From assembly GCA_963739435.1 (NCBI GenBank), contig CAVUAN010000019.1, forward strand, positions 111,213 through 175,212: DNA of 64,000 nucleotides. The letters are read 5' to 3'. Position numbers and translations under genes: made by a program. Shown here piece by piece: positions 1 to 11,561 of this stretch. The notes under the pieces are model-generated. The model was given only the letters and a program-made list of their open reading frames with translations. It had not been told where the DNA came from and did not search any database. Source of the stretch: an uncultured Acidobacteriota bacterium (GTDB lineage: Bacteria > Acidobacteriota > Thermoanaerobaculia > UBA5066 > Gp7-AA6). Each line of letters begins with the position of its first letter. Within the stretch, counting starts at the first letter, position 1.

Positions 1-2154
1 TCGCGAAACATCCTCCGGCTCCTGCACGCCCTGCAGTGCGAGGACCTCCCGCTCGCTTCCAGGCGCTCCGGGCGAGATCTCGTAAATATCGGGTGGGCCC
101 TTGCGGTCGGAACGGTAGAAGACCTTCGATCCGTCGGCAGACCACACCGGGGTGTTCTCGTCCACCGGATCGGAATGAAGCCGCGTCGAGACTCCCCGGG
201 CCAGCTCGAAAACCCACAGGTCAGAAGTCCCGATCCGCCGGTCCTCGATCGCGACGGCCGCCCTCCCTCCGTCGGGCGCGATGCGAAAACCCTTCCCCAA
301 GACTGCGGGTTGGCCGAGCGTGCCGATCTCCTTGCCGGCGCGGTCGAGCCAGACGAGCCGGGAGAGAGGCTTGGCTGTCTGGAAGGCCAGGACTCCGGTC
401 TGGGAAACCGAGAAGGATGCTCGGGCCGGCCCGAAGAAGTAGTGGACGTTCTCGGCTACGACAAGCGGGTCTCCGTAAAGCTGCGCCTTTGCCGCGTCGA
501 AGGGCTGCGCAAAGAGGGTGCCGTCGCGGACGTACAGCAGGTATCCGGGAGAGGCATACTCGGCCATGGAGTCGAGCCGCGTCACGGCGCGGCTCTCTTT
601 CGAATCGAGGGAGCCGATGCGCAACTCACGCGGCCCATGGCCCGGCGCCGTTGGATGCGATTCCAGATAGAGGAATCGCCGGCCATCCGGCAGGAAATGG
701 GGCCAGAGATCGGCGATCACGTTGCCGGTCGGGTCGACCGTCGCGGGCACGGCCTCCCCCCCTTTGTCCGAGACGCGAAGGATCCCTCGCTTGAGAGTGA
801 TCTCCGAGAAGAGGATCGTCCCCTCACGGCTCCAGCTCCCGACGATGTCGAACGATGCCGCGCAGAGCTCCTCGGGAGGGCCGCCGGCCGCCGGGATCTT
901 CTTCAACTTGCCGTCCGCGAAGAAGGCGACGAAGCGGCTGTCCGGTGACCAGAAAGGCGCCTCCGCTCCGGTCGTGCCGTCGAGCTCGACAGCCTTCTCC
1001 GAGTCGAGCGGCCGGAGGAAGAGGCGGCGGCGGCCTCTCACGATCGCCTCGATGACGAGGCGCGTTCCGTCGGGAGAGAGCGCAAACCCACGCGAGAGCT
1101 CTCCCGGAGAATAGGTCGCCCCTGCTGGGATCGGAACGCTGAATCGCAGCGGGCGCGCCACGGGAGCCGGCCGCGAACGGAGCACGGCCAAGACGGCCAA
1201 AACGGCGGCGAGCAGGACTCCCGCAATCAACGCCGGACCCAGCCACCCGAGCCTCCGCGCGAGAATCACCGGGACCGCCTCCACCGAGATCTCCGACCCG
1301 TGGTCGCGCAGGTGCTTCAGGTCCCGCGCCAGGTCCCGGGTCGACGCATAACGCTCCCCCGGGTCCTTGGCCAGACAGCGCTCGATCACCCAGCGGACGG
1401 GAACCGGAAGCTGCGGCGAAAGAGCCGCGATCGGCTCCGGCTCCTCTCGAATGATCGCCACGAGCGCTTCGGCTGTCGTCGGCCGAGAGAAGGCGCGCTT
1501 TCCCGTCGCGAGCTCGTAGAGGATCGAGCCCAGGGAGAACTGATCCGAGCGAAAATCCACCCGCCGTCCGCTCGCCTGCTCGGGAGACATGTACCCGACT
1601 GTGCCCAGGACGACACCCGGGTGCGTCTCGTCCCTGGCCATGGTCGGCATCGAGGACACCTCACCGGACTCGGGAAGAGCCAGCTTCGCCAGGCCGAAGT
1701 CGAGAATCTTGACGAAGCCGTCTCGCGTGACCATCAAGTTTTCCGGTTTCAGGTCACGGTGAATGATCCCGGCTTCGTGCGCTTTGGCGAGTGCGTCCGC
1801 TATCTGCGCCGCGATGGCAACGAGGCTCTTCAATGGGACCGGGCCCTCCGCGACGAGCTCCCGCAGGGTCTTCCCTTCTACCAGCTCCATCGAGATGTAG
1901 GAGACCGAGCCGGCCGTTCCAATCTCGTAAATCGTGATGATGCTCGGGTGATTGAGCGCGGAGGCCGAGCGAGCCTCCTGTTCGAACCTCGCGAGCCGGT
2001 CCCGATCCGAAGAGACTTCGGCCGGCAGGACCTTGATCGCGACCTCTCGCCCGAGCTTCGGATCCCTCGCCCGGTACACCTCTCCCATCCCCCCCGCGCC
2101 CAAAGGCGCGAGGATTTCGTAGGGGCCGAGACGGGCGCCGGGAGCGAGCGTCAT
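1..2154 (-). CDS. Ser/Thr protein kinase fused to a C-terminal TolB/PD40-type beta-propeller (K1). The 3' end runs off the window start.
   Basis: Manual reverse-complement translation from the ATG at 2154-2152 gives one uninterrupted frame down to base 1. N-terminus: [31 protein letters not shown]. Kinase motifs: VAIKVLP, HRDLKPEN, DFGLAK, GTVGYMSPEQ. A TM helix (LGPALIAGVLLAAV) follows, then repeated WSPDS/APDGG/WSADGS PD40 motifs. The ORF track does not list it because it is truncated at the window edge. Confidence 0.88.
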   Translation of the reverse strand, partial: MTLAPGARLGPYEILAPLGAGGMGEVYRARDPKLGREVAIKVLPAEVSSDRDRLARFEQEARSASALNHPSIITIYEIGTAGSVSYISMELVEGKTLRELVAEGPVPLKSLVAIAAQIADALAKAHEAGIIHRDLKPENLMVTRDGFVKILDFGLAKLALPESGEVSSMPTMARDETHPGVVLGTVGYMSPEQASGRRVDFRSDQFSLGSILYELATGKRAFSRPTTAEALVAIIREEPEPIAALSPQLPVPVRWVIERCLAKDPGERYASTRDLARDLKHLRDHGSEISVEAVPVILARRLGWLGPALIAGVLLAAVLAVLAVLRSRPAPVARPLRFSVPIPAGATYSPGELSRGFALSPDGTRLVIEAIVRGRRRLFLRPLDSEKAVELDGTTGAEAPFWSPDSRFVAFFADGKLKKIPAAGGPPEELCAASFDIVGSWSREGTILFSEITLKRGILRVSDKGGEAVPATVDPTGNVIADLWPHFLPDGRRFLYLESHPTAPGHGPRELRIGSLDSKESRAVTRLDSMAEYASPGYLLYVRDGTLFAQPFDAAKAQLYGDPLVVAENVHYFFGPARASFSVSQTGVLAFQTAKPLSRLVWLDRAGKEIGTLGQPAVLGKGFRIAPDGGRAAVAIEDRRIGTSDLWVFELARGVSTRLHSDPVDENTPVWSADGSKVFYRSDRKGPPDIYEISPGAPGSEREVLALQGVQEPEDVSR

Positions 2155-2189
2155 GTACGCATCACTCTAACAATGAGGACGCTGCGATT

Positions 2190-2951
2190 TCAGTAAAGGA
2201 CCGACAGGCAGGTCACTCCGCCGTCGCGCTTCTCGAACTCGCCGACGGAGATCCGACGCAGCCGAAACCCCGCTTGCTCGATCCGGGCGGCCGTCTCGGG
2301 GTATCCCGCGGGCACGATCGCGTCCTCGCCGATCGCAAGCACGTTTGCCGCCAGAGGCTCCGTCTCCGCGACACGCACGACGCGGAACCCTCTCGACCGG
2401 GCGAACTCTTCGAGAGAGCCCACGGCGAGCAGAGTGCGGCCGCCCAGGTAAGCACACCCGCTCAGGAGGTGAAGCAGATCAGAGGGCAGCGGCACCCCCT
2501 CCACCTTTCGGCGGGGTCCCAGGATCTCGCGAAGCCCGTCGACGGCCGCCTGGTTGGAGCGCTCCGACAGGCCGACGAAGAGGGCGTCCTCGGTGACGAG
2601 CGCGTCTCCCCAATCCAGAGAGGCCGGCTGCGGCAGGTCGACGACCGGAAAGGAGCGTCCGAGCACCCCGACGATCGCTTCTGTCTCTCCCCGGCGCGAC
2701 TCGACCGCCGAAGGGCCCACGATGGCGCGGCCATCCAGGACGCAGACCCGATCCTGAACGAAGACGGCATCCGGATGCTCGTCGTCGGCCGGAAGCTCCG
2801 TCACCTCGAGGCCGGCATGACGCAGGGTGGCGACATAGCCCCTGTGCTGCCTCCGCGCCAACTCCAGATCGACAACGGGCCGGGGCTCGAGCCGCGTCAG
2901 CGCATCGGCGTACGTTACCCCGGGGGGCCGAACCAGCGCGCGCCGGATCAA
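2190..2951 (-). CDS. Dimethylarginine dimethylaminohydrolase (DDAH) / amidinotransferase-superfamily hydrolase.
   Basis: 253-aa ORF ending ...DGGVTCLSVLY. A catalytic Cys sits a few residues from the C-terminus, as in DDAH and arginine-deiminase-fold enzymes. The gene lies between K1 and an rsbW-like gene inside the kinase operon. Confidence 0.65.
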   Translation of the reverse strand: MIRRALVRPPGVTYADALTRLEPRPVVDLELARRQHRGYVATLRHAGLEVTELPADDEHPDAVFVQDRVCVLDGRAIVGPSAVESRRGETEAIVGVLGRSFPVVDLPQPASLDWGDALVTEDALFVGLSERSNQAAVDGLREILGPRRKVEGVPLPSDLLHLLSGCAYLGGRTLLAVGSLEEFARSRGFRVVRVAETEPLAANVLAIGEDAIVPAGYPETAARIEQAGFRLRRISVGEFEKRDGGVTCLSVLY

Positions 2952-2961
2952 TCCGGAATGC

Positions 2962-3426
2962 TCAGGCTGATGGCGGGTTCTTGCGCATGTGGATCTCGGT
3001 GCCGCCCTTTTCGAAGCGGACCTCGTCCATCAACCGATTGATGAGGTAGATGCCGCGCCCGCCGGTCGAGAAGAGGTTCTGCCCGAGCACGGGAGACGGC
3101 AGGGTCGACGGGTCGAATCCGGATCCGGGGTCGCGCACGACGATCAGCATGCCGCGCTCGTGATCGCAGGCCACCGAGCACTGGATCTGCTTGGAGGCGT
3201 CGTGGCCGACGCCGTGCTCGATGGCGTTGGCCAGGGCCTCGCGCAGCGCCAGCTCGATCTCGAACTCGTGGCCCACGGCGCAGCCCATCTCGGTGACGAT
3301 GCCCATGACCTTCGTTACGACGGGCGAGATTGCGTTGACGTCCCCCGGCAACTCGAGGTCGACCTTGACCAGGAGGTCTTTTCCTTCGAACTCACACTGC
3401 GGAAGCGCCTGGCTCGGCATGTTCAC
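2962..3426 (-). CDS. Anti-sigma regulatory factor, a GHKL/HATPase_c Ser-protein kinase of the RsbW/SpoIIAB type.
   Basis: 154-aa ORF with EALANAIEHG (N-box), VRDPGSGFD (G1) and GGRGIYLINRLMDEV (G2) ATP-lid motifs. Confidence 0.7.
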   Translation of the reverse strand: MNMPSQALPQCEFEGKDLLVKVDLELPGDVNAISPVVTKVMGIVTEMGCAVGHEFEIELALREALANAIEHGVGHDASKQIQCSVACDHERGMLIVVRDPGSGFDPSTLPSPVLGQNLFSTGGRGIYLINRLMDEVRFEKGGTEIHMRKNPPSA

Positions 3427-3465
3427 CCCCGGCTTGCTGCAGGAGTCTACAGCCGCAATTGAGAA

Positions 3466-6095
3466 TCACGGCTTTTTCAGGCCGGAAGCCCAATTGAGCA
3501 CGACAGTCGGGGGAAAAACAGGGTTGTCCTCGACGGAGGTCGCCACGAGGATGTGGCCGTCACGGGTGACCGCGTAGTCCTCGACGTAAGGGAGCTTGAA
3601 GAGCTCCTTCGGCTGGCCGGCTTCGAAAACACGTTCTGTCCGGATCTCGACGGAGTCGAGCGCGCCCGCGTTCGCGAAGAAGAGCTCCTTGCCGTCGCCT
3701 CGCCAGCGCGGCCGCCTTCCGCCCGAGACCGAGACCTGGTGGCGGTTAGCGGCGTCCGCGAGCGACTGGACATAGACCTCCGGCCGGCCTGATTCGTCGG
3801 AGCAGTAAGCGAACCACTTTCCGTCAGGCGAGATCTGGGCGTCGTTCTCCGAGAACCGGGTGGCCACGAGAGGAGCGGCCGTGCCGCCGTCCGAAAGCTT
3901 GAGGATCCAGATGTCCTCCCCCGTCGTGGGCGAAATCGACAGGAAGAGCGCGAATCGGCCGTCCCGCGACCAATCGAGAGGGTTCTTGTCCTGCCCGTCG
4001 TGGAAGATCGGCTTTTCGGCCGACCCGCCGGCTCCGATCTCGAAGAGGTTCGCGAGGCCGGGCCGGGCCGACCCGAAGAGCAGCCTGCTGCCGTCCGGCG
4101 ACCACACCGGCGCATAGTCGGATCCGACGGTGGAGGTCAGCCGCGACGTGGAGCCTCGCGCCAGGTCCACCAGCCAGAGGTTGGCGTGCCGGCCGTCCCC
4201 GTCGAGCTTCTCGAACGCGACCTGTTTTTCGTCGGGAGAGAGCTGGAGTGTCCCGTAGCGGGCCGCTTCCCCAACGCTGGCCCTGCGCTTTCCCGACCGG
4301 TCGAACCAGGCGAGCTGCGAGTCGGGATTGGCGCTGCGGTAGAGGAGCACGCCCGTGGCCGAGACCGAAAAATCGAAGCCGTGGGAAAAGTCCACGAGCG
4401 CGATCTGCTCGCCGAGTGGGATCGGCTCCCCGACGAGCTTCCTCGCCGAAAGGTCGAGACGCTGGGCGATGAGCGCCCCGGAGCGCACGAACAGCACCCG
4501 GTCTGGCGGCGCGACGGCGAGGTTCGTCACGGCACCCGCAACGAGCTTCGCGCTGTCCGTCGAGTCGAGCGAGCCCAAACGGATCGAGTGGTTCGGCGTC
4601 GTCGAGGCATCGCCCAGGAACACAAAGTGCTTTCCGTCGGGCAGGAAGGCGGGCCAGATGTGACCCTCCTCGTCCGGGGCGACCTTCGTGACCGCGGCCG
4701 GGGCTCCGCCCGAGGCCGGGACGCGCCAGATCGGCTCGTACGTCTTGGGACTGAAGAGGATCACCCCGTCGCTGTTCCAGGTTCCGCCGCTGGGATTCGG
4801 GGCGTCGGCCAGGGCCTGCGGCGGACCGCCGGACGCCTCGATGCGCTTCAACTTACCGTCCGCGAAAAAGCCGATCGAGGTGCTATTCGGCGACCAGAAG
4901 AGCTGCAGGGCTCCGTCTGTTCCTGCGAGCGGGGTCACCTGAACCGAGCCGAGCGGCCGAATCCAGATGGAGCGCTTCCCGGCCGCCGTGCGCCCGATGA
5001 AGGCGACGAGCCGGCCGTCCGGCGAGACCGTCGCGTGATCGAACGACTCGAACGGGGCCTTCGCGGGCATCTCGAGCGAAAGTCGGACGACGGGCGCTTC
5101 CACGGCAGGCCGCCTTCCCAGAAGCGCGAAGGCAGCCAGGGCAAGCGCGAAGACCGCCGCCGCAGACCATGCAAATGTCTCGCGGCGGTGACGGCGAGAA
5201 ACGGCCGGCGCCGGCACACCGGCCTGCGAGCCCTCCGCGATCCACTTGAGCTCCCTGCCGATGTCGTGCGCGCTCTGCCAGCGGTCTTCGGGGTCCTTGG
5301 CCAGACACGTCCGGACGACACGCTCGAGGGCGGGAGGCGTCAGCGGCGAGACCGAAGAGATGGGAGCCGGCTCCTCCTTCATGATCGAGGAGATCAGCGA
5401 CGCCTGGCTCTTGCCGGAGAACGCCTTCCGGCCCGTCGCCATCTCGTAGAGCACGGCGCCGAAGGCGAAGATGTCGGACCGCGCGTCGGCCTCTCCGCCT
5501 TCGAGCTGCTCGGGCGCCATGTACTGGAACGTGCCGAGGATGGTGCCCTGCTGCGTCAAGCTCGGCGCGCCGGCCATCGTGGGCATGGACGTCAGGCCCG
5601 ACTGCGCCTGCGCCGGTGCCATCGCCTTGGCCAGGCCGAAGTCGAGCAGCTTGACACCCGACTTCGTCAGCATCACGTTGCCGGGCTTCAGATCCCGGTG
5701 CACGATCCCCTGCCGGTGCGCCTTGTCGAGGGCCTCGGCGATCTCGACGCCGAAGCGAAGCGTCTGCTCGAGCGGCAGCGCTCCTTTGACCAGGCGCGCC
5801 GCCAGCGTCTCCCCTTCGAGGAGCTCCATGACCAGGTACTCGGTCCCCTCGTGCGAGCCCGACGTCGTAGAGCGCGCAGATGTGCGGGTGCGAGAGCTGC
5901 GAGATCGCCTTGGCCTCCCGCTCGAACCGCTGGCGCATCTCCTCAGACGACGACAGGTGCTTGCGGCAGCACCTTGACCGCCACGTCGCGCTCGAGCCGC
6001 GTGTCCCGCGCCCGGTAGACCTCCCCCATCCCGCCCGCGCCGAGCGGCGAGAGGATCTCGTAGGGACCGAGGCGCGAACCCGCCGCGAGCGTCAC
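3466..6095 (-). pseudogene. Ser/Thr kinase-PD40 beta-propeller paralog K2. At least two single-base frameshifts.
   Basis: GTG start at 6095, two nt after the TAA of K3. The kinase N-terminus ([15 protein letters not shown]...VAVKVLP) is in one frame. An extra G near 5963 (ccgcaag versus cccaag in K3) moves the frame into ORF 4883-5938 ([27 protein letters not shown]). An extra C near 5858 (gagcccgacg versus gagccgacg in K3) moves it into ORF 3466-5829 ([13 protein letters not shown]...[11 protein letters not shown]...DFGLAK...PD40 repeats...VVLNWASGLKKP). Confidence 0.75.
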
Positions 6096-6097
6096 GG

Positions 6098-8772
6098 TTA
6101 CTTCTCCGCCGGGACGCGGCGCTTCAGCTCTTCGGAGAAGCCCAGAACCACGTTCAAATGAGTCGCGACCGAATCGACACCGCGTTGGACCATGACGAAC
6201 CGCCGGTCGTCGGGCGACACGTCGAAGGCCGCCTCACCGCGGCGGGTCGGCACGAAGTTGCCACCGAAGAGCACGCGTGGAGCCTCCGCCGAAAAGCCCC
6301 GGCCGGCAGCGACACCAACGGCCATCATCTTGTCGCCGTTGCGATAGAAGATCTCACGATCCGGCGTGAGACCAGACCGGCTCGGTTCCACCGGACACGG
6401 AGATCTGCCACTTCCCTCCCGGCCCGGGGAAGGGCTGCACGTAAACCTCGTCGCGCCCGGACTCGTTGGACACGTAGGCGAGCCAGTGGCCGTCGGGAGA
6501 GAGACGCGCCGCCCGCTCGTTGAAGGGCGTGCGTCAGCCAGGTGTGCCGTTCGACTTTCTCGCCGAGCGTCAGCACCCAGATGTCGCCGGAGAAGACAGG
6601 GTCAAACTCTGTGTACACGAGCGTCCTGCCGTCAGGAGACCAGGAGCTGACGTGAGGGTGCGTCGCGCCCTCGAAGAGTCGCTCCTCTTTTCCGCTGCCA
6701 TCGGAGGGCTTCGAGTAGACGGCGCGAGGCTGTCCAACGCGATCGGCGCTGTAGGTCACCTTTCCGCCGTCCTGAGTCCAGACCGGCGTCTCGTCTTCTC
6801 CTAGTTCGAAAGTCAGGCGCGCCGAAGTGCCTCGCGAAATGTCCAGGACCCAGATATCGGGGTTGTCCGCCCGGACTGTGACCGCCAGCCGCTTTCCGTC
6901 CGGCGAAAGCCGGGGCTCCTCGTAGCTTCGCGACTCAGAAGGAAGCGGCTCGACCTTGCCCTGCCGGTCCACCCAAACCAGGGTCTCTCTCGGAGGAGAT
7001 CCAGGAGCATAGGCGAGGGTTCCCGCAGCCGAGAGGCCAAACAGAGGGCTGCTGTAGGGGGAAAGGACCATCACGCCATCGAGGACCGAGACGGCGGGCC
7101 CGGTCAGCTCCAGGCGCTTGACGTCGAAGGGCGCGGCGAAAAGCGTCCCGCCACGAGCGTAGACGAGGTGCCCCGACGGAGAGTAGCGGGCCCCGATTCC
7201 TTCAGTCAGTTCGCGCCGGGCCCCGGTCTTCAGCGAGAGGACGGCGATATGCGGCGCGCCTGTGAAACTCGTGAACAGCACCGCCTCACTTCCCGGAAGC
7301 ATTTCGGGCCAGTAAAAGGAGACCTCGCCGCGCTTGGCATCGGGGAGCTGCAGGAATTGAGGCGTCCCACCCGAGGCCGAGACGCGTGCCAAACCGGAGG
7401 TGCCCGTGGAGAACACGATGGTGCCATCCGAGCCCCAGCTCGCGCCCCGGATCTCAGCCGCCTCGGCGATGACCTGGGGCGCTCCGCCGTCCACAGGGAC
7501 TTTCATCAGCTTTGTGCCGGCGAAGAAACCGAGCCACCGAGAGTCAGGAGAGAAGAAGGCGCTGACAGCGCCCTCGCTGTCCCGAACGGGTGTCGCTTCC
7601 AGGCGGTCGAGGGCGCGCAGGTAGAGTTGCGTGGTTCGCCCGTGTTCTGCCGCGTAGACGAGGCGTGTCCCGTCGGGAGCAAACGCCAGCGCTTGCGCTC
7701 CGTATGCAACGATGGGAGCGTCGGAAGGAAACAGGACCGAGAGCCGCGCCGGCTGGGGCGCCTCGCGAGAAGGCTTCCGAGCCTGCCACCACCACACGCC
7801 GAGCCCCGCAGCCAGAGCTCCGAGAGCAAAGCCCGCAATCGCGCCGGCGACCCCGCCCCGCGCGGGGCGGCGCAAAACGACCGGAGCGGAGGCTCCCGCC
7901 TGCGAACCCTCTGCGATCCACTTGAGCTCCCGCCCGATGTCGTGCGCACTCTGCCAGCGGTCTTCGGGGTCCTTGGCCAGGCACGTCCGGGCGACTCGCT
8001 CGAGAGCCGGGAGGCGTCAGCGGCGCGACCGACGAGATGGGCGCCGGCTCCTCCTTCATGATCGAGGAGATCAGCGACGCCTGGCTCTTGCCGGAGAACG
8101 CCTTCCGGCCGGTCGCCATCTCGTAGAGCACCGCGCCGAAGGCGAAGATGTCGGACCGCGCGTCGGCCTCTCTGCCCTCGAGCTGCTCGGGCGCCATGTA
8201 CTGAAACGTCCCGAGAATCGTCCCCTGCTCCGTGAGGTTCGGCGCGCCGGCCATCGTGGGCAGTGATGTCATCCCGCGACTGCGGCTTCGGAGCTGTCAT
8301 CGCCTTGGCCAGGCCGAAGTCGAGCAGCTTCACGCCCGACTTCGTGAGCATCACGTTGCCGGGCTTCAAGTCCCGGTGCACGATCCCCTGCCGGTGCGCC
8401 TTGTCCAGCGCATCGGCGATCTCGACCCCGAACTTCAGCGTCTGCTCGAGGGGCAGCGGCCCCCTTCGCGAGGCGAGCCGCGAGCGTCTCCCCTTCGAGG
8501 AGCTCCATGACGAGGTACTCGGTCCCCTCGTGCGAGCCGACGTCGTACAGCGCGCAGATGTGCGGGTGTGAGAGCTGCGAGATCGACTTGGCCTCCCGCT
8601 CGAAGCGCTGGCGCATCTCCTCGGACGAGGAGAGGTGCTTGGGCAGTACCTTGATGGCGACGTCACGCTCTAATCGCGTGTCCCGAGCCCGGTAGACCTC
8701 CCCCATCCCGCCCGAGCCGAGCGGGACGAGGATCTCGTAAGGCCCGAGGCGGGCACCGGCCGCGAGGCTCAC
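6098..8772 (-). pseudogene. Ser/Thr kinase-PD40 beta-propeller paralog K3. At least four or five frameshifts.
   Basis: GTG start at 8772, one nt after the TGA of K4. N-terminus: [31 protein letters not shown]. There is an extra G in GGGGG near 8460 after LAARLAKG. Further shifts occur near 8230-8280 and near 7960-7990, where K3 has one base more than K2 by direct alignment. Another shift near 6330-6390 is needed before the C-terminal tail (ORF 6098-6391: ...[23 protein letters not shown]). Confidence 0.7.
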
Positions 8773-8773
8773 G

Positions 8774-11421
8774 TCACCGTCCCAGTTCGGCGAACCAGTT
8801 CAAGACCACCGTCGTCGGCGTCATCGATTCGCGGCCGAGGGGCGCCACGAAGAGGAAGCGTTGCCCGTCGGCATTCGCCGCATACCGGTTGCGGAAGGCG
8901 CCCGAAGGGACGCGCGCCGAAAACAGGGGCCGCGGGATGCCGGCCTGGAAGGTCTCGCCCGCTTGAACGTCGACCGCCATGAGCTTCTGATCGGGAGCCC
9001 GATAGAAGATCTCCTTGCCGTCCGCCCGCCACGACGGATCGATGCCTCCCGCTGTGGAAACCTGCCACTTTCCCGAGGGGTCCGGGAAGGTCTGAACGTA
9101 GATCTCCGTGCGTCCCGACTCGTTCGACTGATACACGATGAAACGGCCGTCGGGAGAGAAAGTTGGCCAGAGCTCGTTGAAAGGTGTGCGCAGCACGGGA
9201 ACCGGCTTGCGGTCGCCAAATGTCGGAAGCACGAGGATGTCCCAGCTCTCCTTGGTCCGAAGCGAATAGGCGATGTACTTGCCGTCGCGCGACCAGTCCG
9301 ATGCAACGACACGGCCCTCGTCGCTCTTGAGAAGGAGTTTCTCCTCGCCCTGGCCGGTCGCCGGCTTTTCCAGGAGGCTGGAGCTCCCGGCGGTTTCCGA
9401 CGTGAAGACGATCCGGGACCCGTCGGGCGACCAGACCGCACCGAAGTTGTTACCGGCGGAAAAGGTGAAGCGTGAGTTGACGCCACGGGTGAGGTCCCGG
9501 ACCCAGACGTCGTTCTTTCCGACTGCGGCCGTCCAAACTCTGGAAGGCCAGTCGGTCTCCCTTGCGGGAAAAACGCCGGATTCCCGTACTCGCCGATCCC
9601 GCCGGCCGTCTCCAGCTCCTTCCCGCCGCGGTCGAGCCACAGGAGCCGGTTCCCCGAATCGCCGCTGCGATAGGCGAGGACGCCGTTGCGCGACACGGAG
9701 AACCGCGCGAGCCCGACCGAATCGGTGCCGATCTTCTCGGCCACGGGAGAGGGCTCCCCGATCGTCTTCAGGGACTTGAGGTCAAAATGCTGCGCGACGA
9801 GGGTCTTGTCACGCACGAAGAGGAGGTATCCGGGCGGGGCGTACGTGATGAGCGTCTGAGCGGGCGCTACGACCTTCGAATCCTTCGAGTCGAGCGAGCC
9901 GATCCGATACACGTTGTCCTCCGCCTTCGGCGCGCTGACCATGTAGAGGAAGTGACGACCGTCGGGGAGGAACTCCGGCCAGGCGGTGTTGGTCTCTTTC
10001 CCCGACGGCTTGACCTGAACGACCGGCGCCCCGCCGGCCGCCGAGACGCGCTGAATGGGATCACCGGTGATGCCGTCGAAGAGGATCACGCCCTCCGAGC
10101 TCCAGGAGCCGTCAGCCCCGGTCGGGGCATCGCAGACCTTCTGCGGCGGCCCGCCGGAGACTTCGACTTTCTTGAGCTTGCCTTCGGCAAAGAAGCCCAG
10201 GAACCGCGAGTCCGGCGACCAGAAGGGCCGCGTCGTCCCGTCGGTGCCCTCCAGGACGTGCGCCGACAGGGCGTTTAAGGCCCGGATCCAGATGCGCGTT
10301 TTACCAGAGACGTCCGTCGCGTTGAACGCAATGGTACGGCCGTCCGGGGAGACGCGCGGCATGTCGATCGATGTCAAATCCTCGGGCGGCGCGATGTCGA
10401 AGCGGGCCGTCAGAGGCGCAACCGGCGCGCGGCGCATGTAGCCGAAGGTGGCCAACGCCGCCGCGAGAAACGCGACGGCGGCCACCGCCCACGCCAGCTT
10501 CTCCCGGTTCTTCCTGCGCGCCACGACAGGCGCCGGTACGCCAGCGAGCGAGCCGCCCTCCGCGATCCACTGCAGCTGCAGCTTCACGTCGTGCGCCGTC
10601 TGGAAACGGTTTTCCGGGTCTTTGGCCAGGCAGGTTTTCACCACACGATTGAAGGCCGGCGGCATCATCGGCACGATCTCTGAGATCGTGGTCGGGTCGT
10701 CCCGCAGGATCGACCCGATCAGGGAGGCCTGGCTGCTGCCCGAGAAAGCCTTCTTGCCCGTCGCCATCTCGTAGAGGACCGCCCCGAAAGCGAAGATGTC
10801 GGATCGGGAGTCCGCTTCCTTGCCCTCGAGCTGCTCGGGCGACATGTACTGGAACGTCCCGAGGATCGTCCCGGCTTCCGTCAGGTTCTGCACAGAGCCC
10901 GCCATCGTCGGAAAGGACGTCGCGCCCGACTGCGCCGCCGCCGGGGCCATGGCCTTGGCAAGCCCAAAGTCGAGCAGCTTCACTCCCGACTTCGTCAGCA
11001 TGATGTTGCCCGGCTTCAGGTCGCGGTGGACGATCCCCTGCCGGTGCGCCTTGTCCAGAGCGTCGGCCATCTCCATCCCGTACTGCAGCGTCTGCTCGAG
11101 CGGCAGCGGGCCCTTCGCGAGGCGATCGGCGAGCGTCTCGCCCTCCAGGTGCTCCATCACCAGGTACTCGGTCTCGCCCTCCCGGTTGACGTCGTAGAGC
11201 GCGCAGATGTGGGCGTGCGACAACTGGGAGATCGCTTTGGCCTCGCGCTCGAAGCGCTGCCGCATCTCTTCGGAGGCCGACAGGTGCGGCGGCAGGACCT
11301 TGATCGCGACCGTCCGGTCCAGGCGCGTGTCCATCGCCCGGTAAACCTCTCCCATCCCCCCCGCTCCCAGGAGCGAGAGAATCTCGTAGGGACCCAGGCG
11401 CGAACCCGCTGTCAGAGACAA
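8774..11421 (-). pseudogene. Ser/Thr kinase-PD40 beta-propeller paralog K4. One frameshift.
   Basis: ORF 8821-11421 is correct through the kinase, TM segment and first propeller blades, up to ...[10 protein letters not shown]. It then turns into low-complexity junk. The true C-terminal blades are in ORF 8774-9640 (...[13 protein letters not shown]...[23 protein letters not shown]...TVVLNWFAELGR). A single indel near 9560-9600 (a-run in gggaaaaacgcc) joins the two. Confidence 0.75.
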
Positions 11422-11561
11422 TGTGGCTGCAGGATATCAGCCGCGGCCTCATGGCGAGAAGCTGGGTGCACCGCCTGTCCTGAAGACGCCTCCCGGGAAA
11501 TCTTTCCACCCGGCCCGAAACGAGAGATGATGCACCAAGCAAAAGAGAGAAGGAGACGACC

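Noticed and set aside
4000-6018. 672-aa plus-strand ORF, and similar long ORFs at 12844-15252 (802 aa), 16818-18077, 36638-38074, 10301-11650 and 20050-20955, all running antisense to the kinase, propeller and other genes.
   Set aside because: Their translations are Arg/Ala/Pro/Gly-rich low-complexity text with no motifs. They are antisense to genes with clear kinase, PD40 or BNR signatures. GC-rich DNA naturally lacks stop codons on the opposite strand.
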